This document shows positions 38,207 to 48,519 of a stretch of 64,000 nucleotides of DNA, in pieces (position 1 is the stretch's first letter; the number at the start of each line of letters is the position of its first letter). This DNA comes from Candidatus Uhrbacteria bacterium. GTDB taxonomy: Bacteria; Patescibacteriota; Patescibacteriia; UBA9934; GWF2-40-263. The stretch spans positions 9,412-73,411 of the forward strand of contig JACQSF010000009.1 of the NCBI GenBank assembly GCA_016206085.1, read 5' to 3'. Under the pieces are notes generated by a model. It saw only the letters and a program-made list of their open reading frames with translations, did no database searches and was not told the origin of the DNA. A program made the position numbers and the translations under genes.

Positions 38207-38639
38207 ACGATTCCTCGGGCTTGTACACACCGCCGGTATTCACGACGAGCGTCAATTCTTGCAAACGAGACGTGCCAGCAAAGGTTTTTCGGATATAGGG
38301 CGTGGAGGGTGATGGCAAAGAAGTTTTCATGAGCTCTTTGAGTTCCCTATCCGTATATTCTCGACTCCAGACCCGCAGTCGTGGCTTCTTCAATGTCTGG
38401 ATGAGATTCAAGAAAAAATAATGAAACGGAGCGCCGTTGATCCTCAGAAAGGCGACCGTTCCGCCCACCGCGAACAACGGAATCCCCAAAAGAAGAAACT
38501 GAACAAATGGGAGGAGTCGAAACAAGATGAACTCGACCAAAAAAACCACCATAAGAATAATAAACTGCCTCGCTGTGATGGGGCCGAAAATTTTGTCCTC
38601 TGCGTCGATGAATTGTGGCACTACGAATTGGTCGGGCAT
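38196..38639 (-). CDS. PrgI family protein
   Basis: QFVVPQFIDAEDKIFGPITARQF followed by two TM helices. Confidence 0.85.
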   Translation of the reverse strand: MPDQFVVPQFIDAEDKIFGPITARQFIILMVVFLVEFILFRLLPFVQFLLLGIPLFAVGGTVAFLRINGAPFHYFFLNLIQTLKKPRLRVWSREYTDRELKELMKTSLPSPSTPYIRKTFAGTSRLQELTLVVNTGGVYKPEESYGP

Positions 38640-38644
38640 AAGCT

Positions 38645-38725
38645 CAGAGATGAGACTATACGGAAGAAAATTTCTTGGCCCGACTTTGCCAGCAAGAAAT
38701 TTTCTTCCGTATAGTCTCATCTCTG
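38645..38725. repeat. Long intergenic palindrome with conserved core, copy 2
   Basis: Perfect 33-bp arms CAGAGATGAGACTATACGGAAGAAAATTTCTTG; core shared with 8524-8598. Confidence 0.88.
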
Positions 38726-38732
38726 TAGTGTA

Positions 38733-40043
38733 TCAGAAACGCAGGTCGGCGTTTAACTTCATCACCGCCTTGAGCTCTTCATCAGAAAGCGTTTCCTCTC
38801 CTGCTGTCCGTTTCTTCCCCAAAACCTCGGCCACCGGAATTCCCGTCAACACAGCCTCTCGCGTAATCCCGACGTACATTTGGTTCAACGGAGAACTTCG
38901 CCACGCCTGAACGGCTTCCACTTTCTTTTCATATCCCTGTTCTTCCATGAGATCGACTTTATCTTTCACCTTTGTCGCTGCCTGAGTCGGATCTTTGGAG
39001 AGACGATGGAAGTCTGTGAGCGTCAGCGACCGCAACTCATCAATAGGACCAGAGAGACGTTTTTCAAATGTGACTTCCTGCATGCTTGCAACCGTCTTGG
39101 GTCGTGGTTCCGTGCTCGTCTCTCGCGCGGCCATGACTGCATCCTTCACTTTGGAGGCATCGATTTTCCCCTCACGTGAGAGCTGTTCATGATGAGCCGA
39201 GATGGCCACGCTTGTGCGTGAGACAGATGGCGCAACGGGCGCGACATGTTCTCCCGGAACTTTTCCGGTGAGCTCGACGTAGCGCTTTGTGAGAAGTGTT
39301 TCTTCATTCTTTGCAAGTTCTCCCTTGTCTGGAATAGCCGCGAGCTTCTCAACCCTTTTGCGCTGTTCCTCTTGATTCACGTTCCCTTGAAAGGCCGAGA
39401 TGCGTCCCTCGATCATGGCCAGCATGTCTGAGAGTCGGCGACCTGTGACGCCCAATCCACCACTCTCGACAGCCTTTTCAAGCTGAGCCCGTGTCTGCTC
39501 CGGTGTACGGACATCACGTACTCGCGACTCGATGAGCTTCGCACAGCGTTCTTGTAACTGCGCGTCCTCAAACGTAAACATTGGGTTCGTACAGATTTCT
39601 TTGATGATTTCCGGGATGTCGAGTGGTCCCTTCGTCTCAAGAATGGAGGACTTCTCTTGAGCGATACTCGCCGCTTCGGCTTCTTCCTTTGAAAAATCTG
39701 GCTCAACGGAAATCCCTGGATTCCCTTTTAGCTCAAAAAGTGAAAACGGCAGATCATTCTGAAGCGGAGTCAGAACACGCTCGACAACCCCCCTTACGAT
39801 CTGCTTGGCAACATCCTGCGTCACGCGAAATTCGGATAGGATCACCCCAACAAAATCCTGAGGCTCAAGAACACGACTCACAAGGCGCATCACATAGAAC
39901 CCCAGAAGAGATTCATCCGCATCCTTCAAGCCAGCCTGAGACAAAATTTCACTGTATGTCTCATACGTGGATTCCTGCTGCAACGCAGCATCAACCCGTT
40001 CTTCTTGGGCTTGCTGTGGTGTGGATTGAGAAACCTCCGCCAT
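38733..40043 (-). CDS. Hypothetical protein of the T4SS-like locus
   Basis: 436-aa ORF in operon; C-terminal GPIDEL...DFHRL...AWRSSPL motif. Confidence 0.7.
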   Translation of the reverse strand: MAEVSQSTPQQAQEERVDAALQQESTYETYSEILSQAGLKDADESLLGFYVMRLVSRVLEPQDFVGVILSEFRVTQDVAKQIVRGVVERVLTPLQNDLPFSLFELKGNPGISVEPDFSKEEAEAASIAQEKSSILETKGPLDIPEIIKEICTNPMFTFEDAQLQERCAKLIESRVRDVRTPEQTRAQLEKAVESGGLGVTGRRLSDMLAMIEGRISAFQGNVNQEEQRKRVEKLAAIPDKGELAKNEETLLTKRYVELTGKVPGEHVAPVAPSVSRTSVAISAHHEQLSREGKIDASKVKDAVMAARETSTEPRPKTVASMQEVTFEKRLSGPIDELRSLTLTDFHRLSKDPTQAATKVKDKVDLMEEQGYEKKVEAVQAWRSSPLNQMYVGITREAVLTGIPVAEVLGKKRTAGEETLSDEELKAVMKLNADLRF

Positions 40044-40046
40044 ACA

Positions 40047-42815
40047 CTATGTTGTTCGCTTGTTTCGCTCTTGTACCAATCGTACCCTTGTCTTTTCCAA
40101 TCGATCTGCCTGTTCCTGAAGTTCTTGGAGTCGTCGACTCTTTTCCTTCGCCGCCTCAAGGCCGGCTTTGCCACCAGCATCATCAATCATCTTCTTTACC
40201 TCGGCCTCAAGCGACGTAATATCTGGACTTCCCTTCATCTCTTCATCCCCTTCCTGTACGACCTTGTCATAGGATGCCTGGAACTTATCTAGTTCTTTTT
40301 GTGCACGAGCAATTTCATTCGCATTTCCTTTTTGTTGCGCAACGGCCAAATTCTTTCGTGCTCTTCGTAATGGCTGGTAGGCTTGCTTACGATCACCTTC
40401 AACAGACTGCTGGATTCTCTTACGAACATCCGCGATCTGCTTCTCTTTATCCGCAATCGTCTTTTCAACCCCTCTGAGTGCCTGAACCTCACCCTCAAGT
40501 GCGGCCACCGCTCCTTGGGCAGCGGTCTTCTCAGATTCGATCTGACTCATGGCTGCATCAATACGCTCACCACTGGACTGGCCGAAATTCTCATCGACAT
40601 AGGTATCAGCCCCTTGTCCGGCAGCTGGAGCTGGAGGCAAGCCAAAGCCTGCTTGTGTTTCCATCGCTGTTCGTGCCGTATCAAAGGCTGTAAGTGAATC
40701 AACAGCCGTCGCATTTCCACCCTTACCCATCTTGTCAGCCGCCGCACGCATACGATCCATCGAGAGCGCCATCTTTTGACGATCTTGGTCAGAAGTTCCA
40801 GCATCCGTGTATTTTGCACGCATCTGCGCGATGACCGCGTCTGCGCTGTCCCTATCATTCATTTGCAGAGCCGCTTCAAATTGTCCTTCCACCTGCGTTC
40901 CAATGTCGAGCTTCGTGACATCCGTTCCCTTCACAGCCGCCTGTTGTGCCTCTATCCCATAATGACCTGCGCGTGCGGCTTCCAGAGCGTTGAGATTCTT
41001 CCCGTCCTTATCCCTAAACGTCGTCCTGATACCAGCGGCACGCCCTTGAACAGCCGAGTCTTCCCAGGCTCCTGCGGCAAGAGCCTTTGTATCATCGGCA
41101 TCCTTAATCCTATCTGTCGAACCAGTAATGTGTGCGTATTTCTTTTTGAAGCTATCAAGCTCAGCCGTCTTGGCAACATTCCCGTTGGACATCTCTGTAT
41201 AGCCTTTTCCTTGAATCGCCCAAAGCTTCTTCATCGCCTCTGGATCTTTCCTCAAAAGATCTTTTTGGAGTCGGCCATCGGCCATCGTCTCTTCAAACAA
41301 TGCGGCCATCTTGTCCTTTCCGGCTTGCGTCTTAGGAGGACTCTTGAGCATGGCTTCAAGCTGACCCTGCTTCCAGTTGCGGTCTTTGTTTTTCATGGCC
41401 TCCTTCTCTTTGTTTACACCGTCAAACTTTGTCGCACGAATCCCTTGTTGAATATCCGCTTGTTTGCCTTTAAAAAAACGACCTATAGCGCCCTCACCCG
41501 CCATATCGGCAACTCGACCAGCCACCGCCGCCTTAGCTCGTGAAGGAATGTTCTGAAAGGCTGCAGGGGCTGGTGGGAGGTATCGAGAAGCTGCTGCAGC
41601 GGCTCCAGGTGTACCAGCAATAGCGCGACCACCAAGTCGTGCTACATATCCACCAGCTTTCAAACCCACGCCAGCCCCAAACCTCGCGACTTTCTCAGGA
41701 CTGAAGGCTTTTGCTGTTTCTAAACGCTTGCCAATAAATCCACCCGCTATTCCCGCGCTACAAAATTGCGATGCGGCCTTAAAACCCGCAAACAACATTC
41801 CCATGCCAATGAGAAAACTCAGAAAGTTGTTCACTTCCAACCAAGAAGCCGTAAAATCGGCATTGTTCGAATTCGCGCTTACGTCAAAGCCTGAATTGGC
41901 CGCAATGTTTCCCGCCCCGGCAACGGCAAGAGTGAGCCATAAGAAAAAAGTAAGAACCGGCCCGATGCCGACAAGACACTTAAACTCTTTCCACCAATCT
42001 TCATACGCATTGGAGTCAATAATGCCTTTGGCTCCCTTCATAAACCACGCCAGAGGGGCGATCACAACCAGCACCCACAACATGATAATGCGAAAGAGTA
42101 AAATCGAAACCAAAATAAGGAGTGTCGCAAAAACCCAAATAGTCAATAAAACAGACAGAACGGCTGAACCAAAAAAATCAAACGCTTGCGAAGCCCCTTG
42201 GGCATTCACCTGCTCAACCCCATCAATAACTGAGCTTGCTTGACTCACTTGATATATTTTATTCAAACCCAACAATTGAATAAAGTTTCCAGCCGCAATC
42301 TCGCGAAGTGCATTGGCGAACGTCAACATGATGACTTGCCCAAAATCAATCATGATGCCGCAAAGGGTTTTAGAAAAATTCACGACGATGGCCATGACCA
42401 GAAGTCTTGGAACTTGCTGCTGCCACTTAAACCGTTCACTTCCAAAAATCGTACCAAACGCGATGATGATCAAGATGACCACAAAAAACATATTCACCGT
42501 GTCGCGCACGATCGCCCACCCGGCTCTCACCACCGGGTTCCCGACAAAATTGTTGTAGGTCATGATCGGTACCATCACATCGATAAGCAAAACGATCCCT
42601 TGCGTAATGGCAGCCGCTATCGTGAAGGCAATGTAGGCAAAACTTTGAACAATACTCTCCACCCATAATGGAGCGGCGTGAACGGGAGTCGGATGCAACA
42701 GCAACGAAAAAACAAACACAATAATTCCAACACGGGCTCGTTTGGTTACGAGATTCTTCGTGCGACTCGAAAGCCACGATTTGAGCGCGAGCAATCGAAG
42801 GACAATCCAAGGCAT
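40047..42815 (-). CDS. VirB6/TrbL-like polytopic membrane protein with a long coiled-coil tail
   Basis: GWAIVRDTVN, VNFS, RIIMLW...APLAW...WW multi-TM motifs; charged helical C-terminus. Confidence 0.75.
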   Translation of the reverse strand: MPWIVLRLLALKSWLSSRTKNLVTKRARVGIIVFVFSLLLHPTPVHAAPLWVESIVQSFAYIAFTIAAAITQGIVLLIDVMVPIMTYNNFVGNPVVRAGWAIVRDTVNMFFVVILIIIAFGTIFGSERFKWQQQVPRLLVMAIVVNFSKTLCGIMIDFGQVIMLTFANALREIAAGNFIQLLGLNKIYQVSQASSVIDGVEQVNAQGASQAFDFFGSAVLSVLLTIWVFATLLILVSILLFRIIMLWVLVVIAPLAWFMKGAKGIIDSNAYEDWWKEFKCLVGIGPVLTFFLWLTLAVAGAGNIAANSGFDVSANSNNADFTASWLEVNNFLSFLIGMGMLFAGFKAASQFCSAGIAGGFIGKRLETAKAFSPEKVARFGAGVGLKAGGYVARLGGRAIAGTPGAAAAASRYLPPAPAAFQNIPSRAKAAVAGRVADMAGEGAIGRFFKGKQADIQQGIRATKFDGVNKEKEAMKNKDRNWKQGQLEAMLKSPPKTQAGKDKMAALFEETMADGRLQKDLLRKDPEAMKKLWAIQGKGYTEMSNGNVAKTAELDSFKKKYAHITGSTDRIKDADDTKALAAGAWEDSAVQGRAAGIRTTFRDKDGKNLNALEAARAGHYGIEAQQAAVKGTDVTKLDIGTQVEGQFEAALQMNDRDSADAVIAQMRAKYTDAGTSDQDRQKMALSMDRMRAAADKMGKGGNATAVDSLTAFDTARTAMETQAGFGLPPAPAAGQGADTYVDENFGQSSGERIDAAMSQIESEKTAAQGAVAALEGEVQALRGVEKTIADKEKQIADVRKRIQQSVEGDRKQAYQPLRRARKNLAVAQQKGNANEIARAQKELDKFQASYDKVVQEGDEEMKGSPDITSLEAEVKKMIDDAGGKAGLEAAKEKSRRLQELQEQADRLEKTRVRLVQERNKRTT

Positions 42816-42962
42816 AACTGATGAAAGTATAGCATGAAAATGGCCTTCTGCCGCTGATAAATGGGGATAAGAAACTTTGAATTACGAAACAAGATCGCGA
42901 ATTTTATAATTCAAGATAAGAAAAACCCTCAACCGTATGTCAAGGGTCTGTATCGTGGTCGC

Positions 42963-44822
42963 CTAGTAGACGGCGCCCACCGAGATGCTGGTCGTGTTCC
43001 CAAACCACAGCAGTGCGCTGCAGCCCAGGTTCGTGTCGCTCTCGGATCCGGGACTCCAGGTCACGAGATCGTTCTCGTCCCAAGAGTTGCTGTCCAGGGT
43101 GATGTCCACCGCCACCCCGTACTCCAGGAAAGCACTACTGTAGTGGCCGTAGCAGTACCAGTCATCATACGTGCCATCGCCGTCGCTATCGACGTCGACG
43201 TTGAAGCGTACACCCAGAAGTCCTGAGTAGTCGCCTTCATCACTCCAGCTCACCTCGTCATCCTCGGTCACACTGGTTTCGACCAACCAGTAATCGCCCA
43301 GGCTCGAGATGGCATAGACGGGCTGAACCGTGAGCGTGAGCTCGGGGGAGTTGGCCGGATAGTCCACTTCGACCGTGAGTGTGCTCACGTCGCTGGTCTC
43401 TTCCTCTTCCTCCTGCTCGACTTCCTCCTCGGACTCCTCTTGCTCCTGCTCGACCTCGTCGGCGGGATCATCCTGCTCCTCATCGGGATCATCGTAGTCG
43501 TCTTGGTTCAAGTCTCCACCCTCACCAGGACCATCGCTGAGCTCCAGACCGCCTCCGCAGGTCGTGACCGCCTCGTAGTCCAAACACATCTGATCGGTTG
43601 TGCAGCTGCCGATCTGGTGGAGTTCTCCCACGATCCCGTCGTCAACCGTGAGGATGTCACGACGATAGTGATTCATGAGCAAGTAGACGTCCCAGGTCTT
43701 CACCGGGAGCGCAAACCCGCCGGAGATGATGTACACATCTGAGGCATCGGACTCCTTGACGATGGTGCCGTCGCGCATGCTGACATAGCTCGCGCTGGGC
43801 GGCCAGTTGGTCATGTAGGAGCTGGTGTCCCCGTACGTGTCAGGCTCGTTGCTCCTGTCGTAGGAAAGACCCCAGGAACTCAGAACGTCCTCCCAACCCG
43901 TCCCTCGCACTCGCGCGCGGTACCGGTTGGAGTCGCTTGCGGCGCCCACGATGAGCCAAAGCTCCTCCTCTGTGTCGAAGGCGGCATCGATGAACGTCTC
44001 GCCGACGATGTCCGACCCATCGCCGTAGCAATCAAGTTCCGACTCAGAGACAAGCGTGACGTCGTCGAAATCGTACTCGAGTCCCCAGAAGGTGGACTCG
44101 TTCTGGATCCATCGCGTCTTGCCGTCTTGAAGCACGTACACGCGCGCGTTGTCCGGGGTCATCACGAGCGCCCCGTCGGGGTGCCAGAGGTTGATCAAGA
44201 GATCGGACTTGTAGAAGTCACCGTCCTGGGGATCTCCCTGGCTGCGGATGCCGCAGGAGAACTCCTCCGAGGAGATTGTGGTCACCTCGGTTCCATCGCT
44301 CTGGTTCCCCGTCCAGTAGGTCGCGGGAATCGAGGTGCCGTTGTCAGCCGTGAGCGAAGCATCGCCTTGGTGCAGACCGATGTGCACATGCTCACCGGTG
44401 GCGTTTCCGGTCTTGCCTTCGTAGCCCAGGAGGCTTCCGACCGACACCTCGTCCCCATCGGAGATGAAGATGTCGGAGAGGTGTGCAATCACGACGTAGG
44501 TTCCGTCACCCAGATCGATGTTCACATGGTAGCCGAAACCCGAGGTCGCGGACTCCATGTGCACGTAGGCCACACCCGTGACCGACGCGAACACTTCCTC
44601 GTCGGCGTAGTCATTCGTGTCCAGATCGATGTCGTAGCGGGTCGAAATACCCGTGTGGCTGTGGGTGCCACCCGCGCCCTGGGTGCAGAGCTTCTCGGTA
44701 CCCGCGGAGAACGGGAGCTCGATCACGAGTCCAGCTCCGCCCTGATTGCTCTGGTTGGAACCATCGTACTGAGGAATGAACAGAGAACCGCAACCCGTGA
44801 GGGTGAAAAAGACGAGGGACAT
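42963..44822 (-). CDS. M23-family peptidase lipoprotein with acidic C-terminal domains
   Basis: MSLVFFTLTGC lipobox, GGAG RBS; H...YDIDL, AHLS, GKTGNATGEHVH; more GC-rich than its flanks. Confidence 0.8.
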   Translation of the reverse strand: MSLVFFTLTGCGSLFIPQYDGSNQSNQGGAGLVIELPFSAGTEKLCTQGAGGTHSHTGISTRYDIDLDTNDYADEEVFASVTGVAYVHMESATSGFGYHVNIDLGDGTYVVIAHLSDIFISDGDEVSVGSLLGYEGKTGNATGEHVHIGLHQGDASLTADNGTSIPATYWTGNQSDGTEVTTISSEEFSCGIRSQGDPQDGDFYKSDLLINLWHPDGALVMTPDNARVYVLQDGKTRWIQNESTFWGLEYDFDDVTLVSESELDCYGDGSDIVGETFIDAAFDTEEELWLIVGAASDSNRYRARVRGTGWEDVLSSWGLSYDRSNEPDTYGDTSSYMTNWPPSASYVSMRDGTIVKESDASDVYIISGGFALPVKTWDVYLLMNHYRRDILTVDDGIVGELHQIGSCTTDQMCLDYEAVTTCGGGLELSDGPGEGGDLNQDDYDDPDEEQDDPADEVEQEQEESEEEVEQEEEEETSDVSTLTVEVDYPANSPELTLTVQPVYAISSLGDYWLVETSVTEDDEVSWSDEGDYSGLLGVRFNVDVDSDGDGTYDDWYCYGHYSSAFLEYGVAVDITLDSNSWDENDLVTWSPGSESDTNLGCSALLWFGNTTSISVGAVY

Positions 44823-45253
44823 GACATGCTCCGTTGAGCTGGTCGTTGATGGGTTGGCGCCAGAATGGTGAACCTTCCCGGGCGACGCGCCAGATCTTGC
44901 GCGTCGACCCGTGCGGGTCAACCAAGCATGGTCATCACCCCACTTCCTGCCCCTCTCTCCAGGAACTTTTGTCTATTGATCGTCTAGTCCGACATGACCC
45001 CGGCGGGGTCTTTGGCAAACGGCTTCTGTTACGGGTGTCTGCCACAGGCCAGTCGAGAGAGTGATGTGGATGTCGATCTATCTTTACAACACCAAAAAAC
45101 CGCTTGAAGGTCAAGCAGTTTTTGGCTAAATTTAGTGCCTTTTTTGTACACGACCGTTTTACAGTCCGCTTACAGTTAACAACATTTTTTCTCAAACACA
45201 TTGATTTTTCTGTTCACTGCCCAGAACAACACAACAGTGTGAATACCAACGCA

Positions 45254-46522
45254 TCATGTACGCTTCACGATTCGATCCTTGCCAACCCAAGGACGCAAAA
45301 TATCCGGAACCAACACACAACCATCTGCTTGTTGATAATTCTCCAAGATCGCGACAATCACACGACCGATCGCAAACGCCGTGCCATTGAGGGCATGAGC
45401 AAATTCATTTTTGCCTTCAAATCTCACTCGCGTATTAAGACGTCGTGTTTGAAAATCTGTTGTGTTGGAAGTAGAACTGGTCTCGCGATACGTTTTTTGA
45501 GACGGAATCCAGGTTTCGATATCGTACGTGCGCGCACTTGGCGCCCCCGTGTCCCCACTACACAGTTTCATCACTCGGTGAGGGAGTTTGAGTCCTTGCA
45601 TAAGACGCTCTTGAATCGAAAGGAAAAGATGGTGTTCCTCGTCTGATCTCTCCGGCGTTGTGAAACTAAACATCTCAATCTTATCAAACTGGTGCACGCG
45701 AATAATGCCATGTGTATCTTTCCCGTAGGATCCAGCCTCACGACGATAACAGGGCGAAAATCCGAGATATCGCAAAGGGATATTTTCTGCATCGATAATC
45801 TCGTCCATACGCATGGGTCCAATAGATTGTTCACTTGTCCCGATCAACACGAGGTCATCGTTTTTCAGATGGTAAATCTCTTCTTCCCCTCCATGTTCAA
45901 GGTACCCCATCGCGCTCATTGCCGCGGTTGAAATCATGTGCGGTGGGATAATGGGAACAAAACCTTCCCTGAGCGTCTCTTGAAACGCATACTGGATGAG
46001 CGCAAACTGCAGAAGAACGGCGTCCCCCTTGAGATAGGCAAAACGCGCTCCAGAAACTTTTGCCGCCCGATCCATGTCGATAAGATCCAAATCTATCCCA
46101 ATGGCAAGATGATCTTTTGGTTCAAAATCAAACGTTGTCGGTTCACCGAATGTCCGCAATAATTCATTTCCCGTCTCGTCTTTTCCAATCGGAACATCAG
46201 AACGCAAGATGTTTGGATACCGTTTGAGTTCTGTGAAAAGCTCGATCTCTACATGGGAAAGTTCTGCTTCCTTTTCTTTGACCTGCTCCTTAATCGTCTT
46301 TCCTTCTTCTACCAGGGCTTTGCGCTCAACAGGTGAGGAAACCGAGGGAATCTTGGCGGCAATTTCGTTTCCGCGGGTACGAAGGGTCTGCACAGATTCA
46401 ATCAACTCCACACGTTGGGCGTGCCACGCGATGGCCGCCTGTGGGTCCATAGATTTTCCCCGATTTTTATTGTTTTGCGCCACGCGCTCTGGTTCCTCCA
46501 AAAGACGTTTGATATCGATCAT
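45254..46522 (-). CDS. serS: Serine--tRNA ligase
   Basis: MIDIK start, coiled arm, GTSEQ, CYRREAGSYG, RVHQFDKIE, NGTAFA. Confidence 0.97.
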   Translation of the reverse strand: MIDIKRLLEEPERVAQNNKNRGKSMDPQAAIAWHAQRVELIESVQTLRTRGNEIAAKIPSVSSPVERKALVEEGKTIKEQVKEKEAELSHVEIELFTELKRYPNILRSDVPIGKDETGNELLRTFGEPTTFDFEPKDHLAIGIDLDLIDMDRAAKVSGARFAYLKGDAVLLQFALIQYAFQETLREGFVPIIPPHMISTAAMSAMGYLEHGGEEEIYHLKNDDLVLIGTSEQSIGPMRMDEIIDAENIPLRYLGFSPCYRREAGSYGKDTHGIIRVHQFDKIEMFSFTTPERSDEEHHLFLSIQERLMQGLKLPHRVMKLCSGDTGAPSARTYDIETWIPSQKTYRETSSTSNTTDFQTRRLNTRVRFEGKNEFAHALNGTAFAIGRVIVAILENYQQADGCVLVPDILRPWVGKDRIVKRT

Positions 46523-46554
46523 ACGTCGATCATCATGCCTCATTTTGCAAAAAA

Positions 46555-46582
46555 GAAGAAGACCCCCATTTGGGGATCTTCT
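46555..46582 (-). terminator. Intrinsic terminator upstream of serS
   Basis: AAGAAGACCCCC-ATTT-GGGGATCTTCTT with an adjacent A-run (U-tract on the minus strand). Confidence 0.6.
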
Positions 46583-46584
46583 TG

Positions 46585-46947
46585 TTAAAACCCAGATTCA
46601 CCAGCGATCATCCCACCAAGGAGGTCGTCGACCTCATCTGCAAGATCTTGGAGATCGGCTGTGGAGGATGAGGAACTTGCGTCTACAGAACTATTCACAT
46701 CGTATTGTGCTTCCACACCTTCTGTCTCTTGATTCTCATCGGACTCTGCTTGTGTCTCTTCCTCTTCCACTTCGTTTTCGTCCTCCTCTTCTTGGTCTGA
46801 CTGATTCGAACGGCCAGAACGGTCTTGTCGGGTCTCCCCAGAGATATCCGCATCGACGTCCGCCTGCGTTTGTGCGCAGCCAGCTCCTAACAAAATGAGT
46901 ACAGACAAGAGTGGAAGAATGAGGGTCGGGGTGTAACGATTACGCAT
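46585..46947 (-). CDS. Acidic low-complexity lipoprotein
   Basis: Signal peptide ending LGAGC; E/D/S-rich body. Confidence 0.7.
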   Translation of the reverse strand: MRNRYTPTLILPLLSVLILLGAGCAQTQADVDADISGETRQDRSGRSNQSDQEEEDENEVEEEETQAESDENQETEGVEAQYDVNSSVDASSSSSTADLQDLADEVDDLLGGMIAGESGF

Positions 46948-46953
46948 AGAAAC

Positions 46954-47481
46954 TTAGGATGAAGTTTCTGTATTGAGGGAGGATTGGATCGCGTCGAAAA
47001 TGACTTCTACATGTGACTTGATCGATTGTCGAATCTCCTTGATCACCGCGATATTTTCTTTGACCGCCTCAAAGAGCGTTTTTGCGGTGGCGATCTGGTT
47101 GTCGTATTCCTCAATGGTCATCGTTGTACAATCAACCTGCGTCATAGCGGTTAAATTATCTTGAACAGCCTGGTGATCCGCAGCAAGATCTACAAGAGCG
47201 GATTCAAGGGCGGCGATATCTCCCTCCAGAGTGGAGGTATCTGCCCCGAGAGTTTGTGCTTTCTCAACAAATTTCTTGAGTTTCTCAATGGATTTATTCA
47301 TGCGTTCGATGTTTTTCGCGTGGCGAGTTTCGTTCGCCGTCAATCGTTCCTGTGAACGCGTGACCATGGCCTCACACTGAGCGCTCACATCGAAAGAACT
47401 TTTTGGCGTTTCTTGGGCAAACACTGCGGCAGAAGGGACGAGCATAGCTCCCACAACCGCCAGGATAAGAAATTTCTTCAT
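46954..47481 (-). CDS. Secreted coiled-coil protein
   Basis: MKKFLILAVVGAMLVPSAAVFA signal peptide; heptad repeats. Confidence 0.75.
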   Translation of the reverse strand: MKKFLILAVVGAMLVPSAAVFAQETPKSSFDVSAQCEAMVTRSQERLTANETRHAKNIERMNKSIEKLKKFVEKAQTLGADTSTLEGDIAALESALVDLAADHQAVQDNLTAMTQVDCTTMTIEEYDNQIATAKTLFEAVKENIAVIKEIRQSIKSHVEVIFDAIQSSLNTETSS

Positions 47482-47632
47482 AGAGAGAAATGTAAAGATT
47501 TATTTTCTGTTTTACAGTAACCGAACGTCTCAAAAAGGTAACAAGACTATATCCTTGGACAGAAAACTTCAGATTCTGAGAGGTTTTGATTCAAACTTAA
47601 CCATGGAAATAAGGAAGAGTCAATGGACTGTA

Positions 47633-47673
47633 TTTTCTTCAAGCAGGTCGGAAGCGAAGCTCCCGACAAATGA
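47633..47673. repeat. 41-bp hairpin repeat (GCGAAGC loop), copy 1
   Basis: 39/41 identical to 50101-50141. Confidence 0.85.
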
Positions 47674-47691
47674 AGCCCTTGTCGGAAACTG

Positions 47692-48405
47692 TCACTTGAT
47701 CGTCCACGTCTTGGGAAGACTACATTGATACCGTTTCTTCAAATGCTGATAGATCTTTTTGACCAACTGCATTTGCTGACTAACCTCATGTGTCTGATAC
47801 ACAGCACGAACAGACCGAACGAATCCCGCATCGCGGTGACTCAGGACCTCAATAGTTTCATCGAATCGACGAAAATAGTCTCCATGTTTACGCAAAACAC
47901 ATTCGATGGCGTTGTTTATAAACAGCTGTAGGTTGCAGGCAAACAACAACCGATCGTCGTTTTTGGCACTTCTTTCAAGCTCTCCCAAAAAATCATGCAA
48001 GGAGTAAGCATGCATGAGATAGTCACTTTTGCTCGTACGAGTTTTCCCATTCAAATTTTGTTTCGCCAATCGTTGTAAGACACGCAACTGAGGCGTACGT
48101 TCAAAAATGATCTTTCCATTCGCCAGTATATGCGAGGTCGGACGACGTAATGCGTTTCGGTCTTGCTGTAAAAAAGCCGTTGCGGTTTCCACAGAGTCAA
48201 TGATTACATCGATCAATATCTCGCCAACAAAAAATCCTTTTCGTGTTACTGCTGTAGATGTGCGTGTCAGCACGTACACATCAACGTCAGAAAACTGATC
48301 TGCCTTCCCGTTCACCACCGAACCAAAAACCATAATACCAACAACATTCTGATCGCGACTAAAATGGGACAATAAACGATCTTCTATACTCTTCATGTTG
48401 ATCAT
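47692..48405 (-). CDS. Nucleotidyltransferase (Pol-beta superfamily, KNTase-like) protein
   Basis: VFGSVVNGKADQFSDVDVYV (GS...DxD), third Asp in IDV, helical C-terminal domain. Confidence 0.82.
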   Translation of the reverse strand: MINMKSIEDRLLSHFSRDQNVVGIMVFGSVVNGKADQFSDVDVYVLTRTSTAVTRKGFFVGEILIDVIIDSVETATAFLQQDRNALRRPTSHILANGKIIFERTPQLRVLQRLAKQNLNGKTRTSKSDYLMHAYSLHDFLGELERSAKNDDRLLFACNLQLFINNAIECVLRKHGDYFRRFDETIEVLSHRDAGFVRSVRAVYQTHEVSQQMQLVKKIYQHLKKRYQCSLPKTWTIK

Positions 48406-48519
48406 AAAATAAAAACAGGAGCCGCACAGATGTGTTGAGTATACATCCGACGACCCCAGTCGTCACGTGCCGACCCTCAGCCTACATTCATTTATTTCTT
48501 GACAACTAATGTTTCTACT

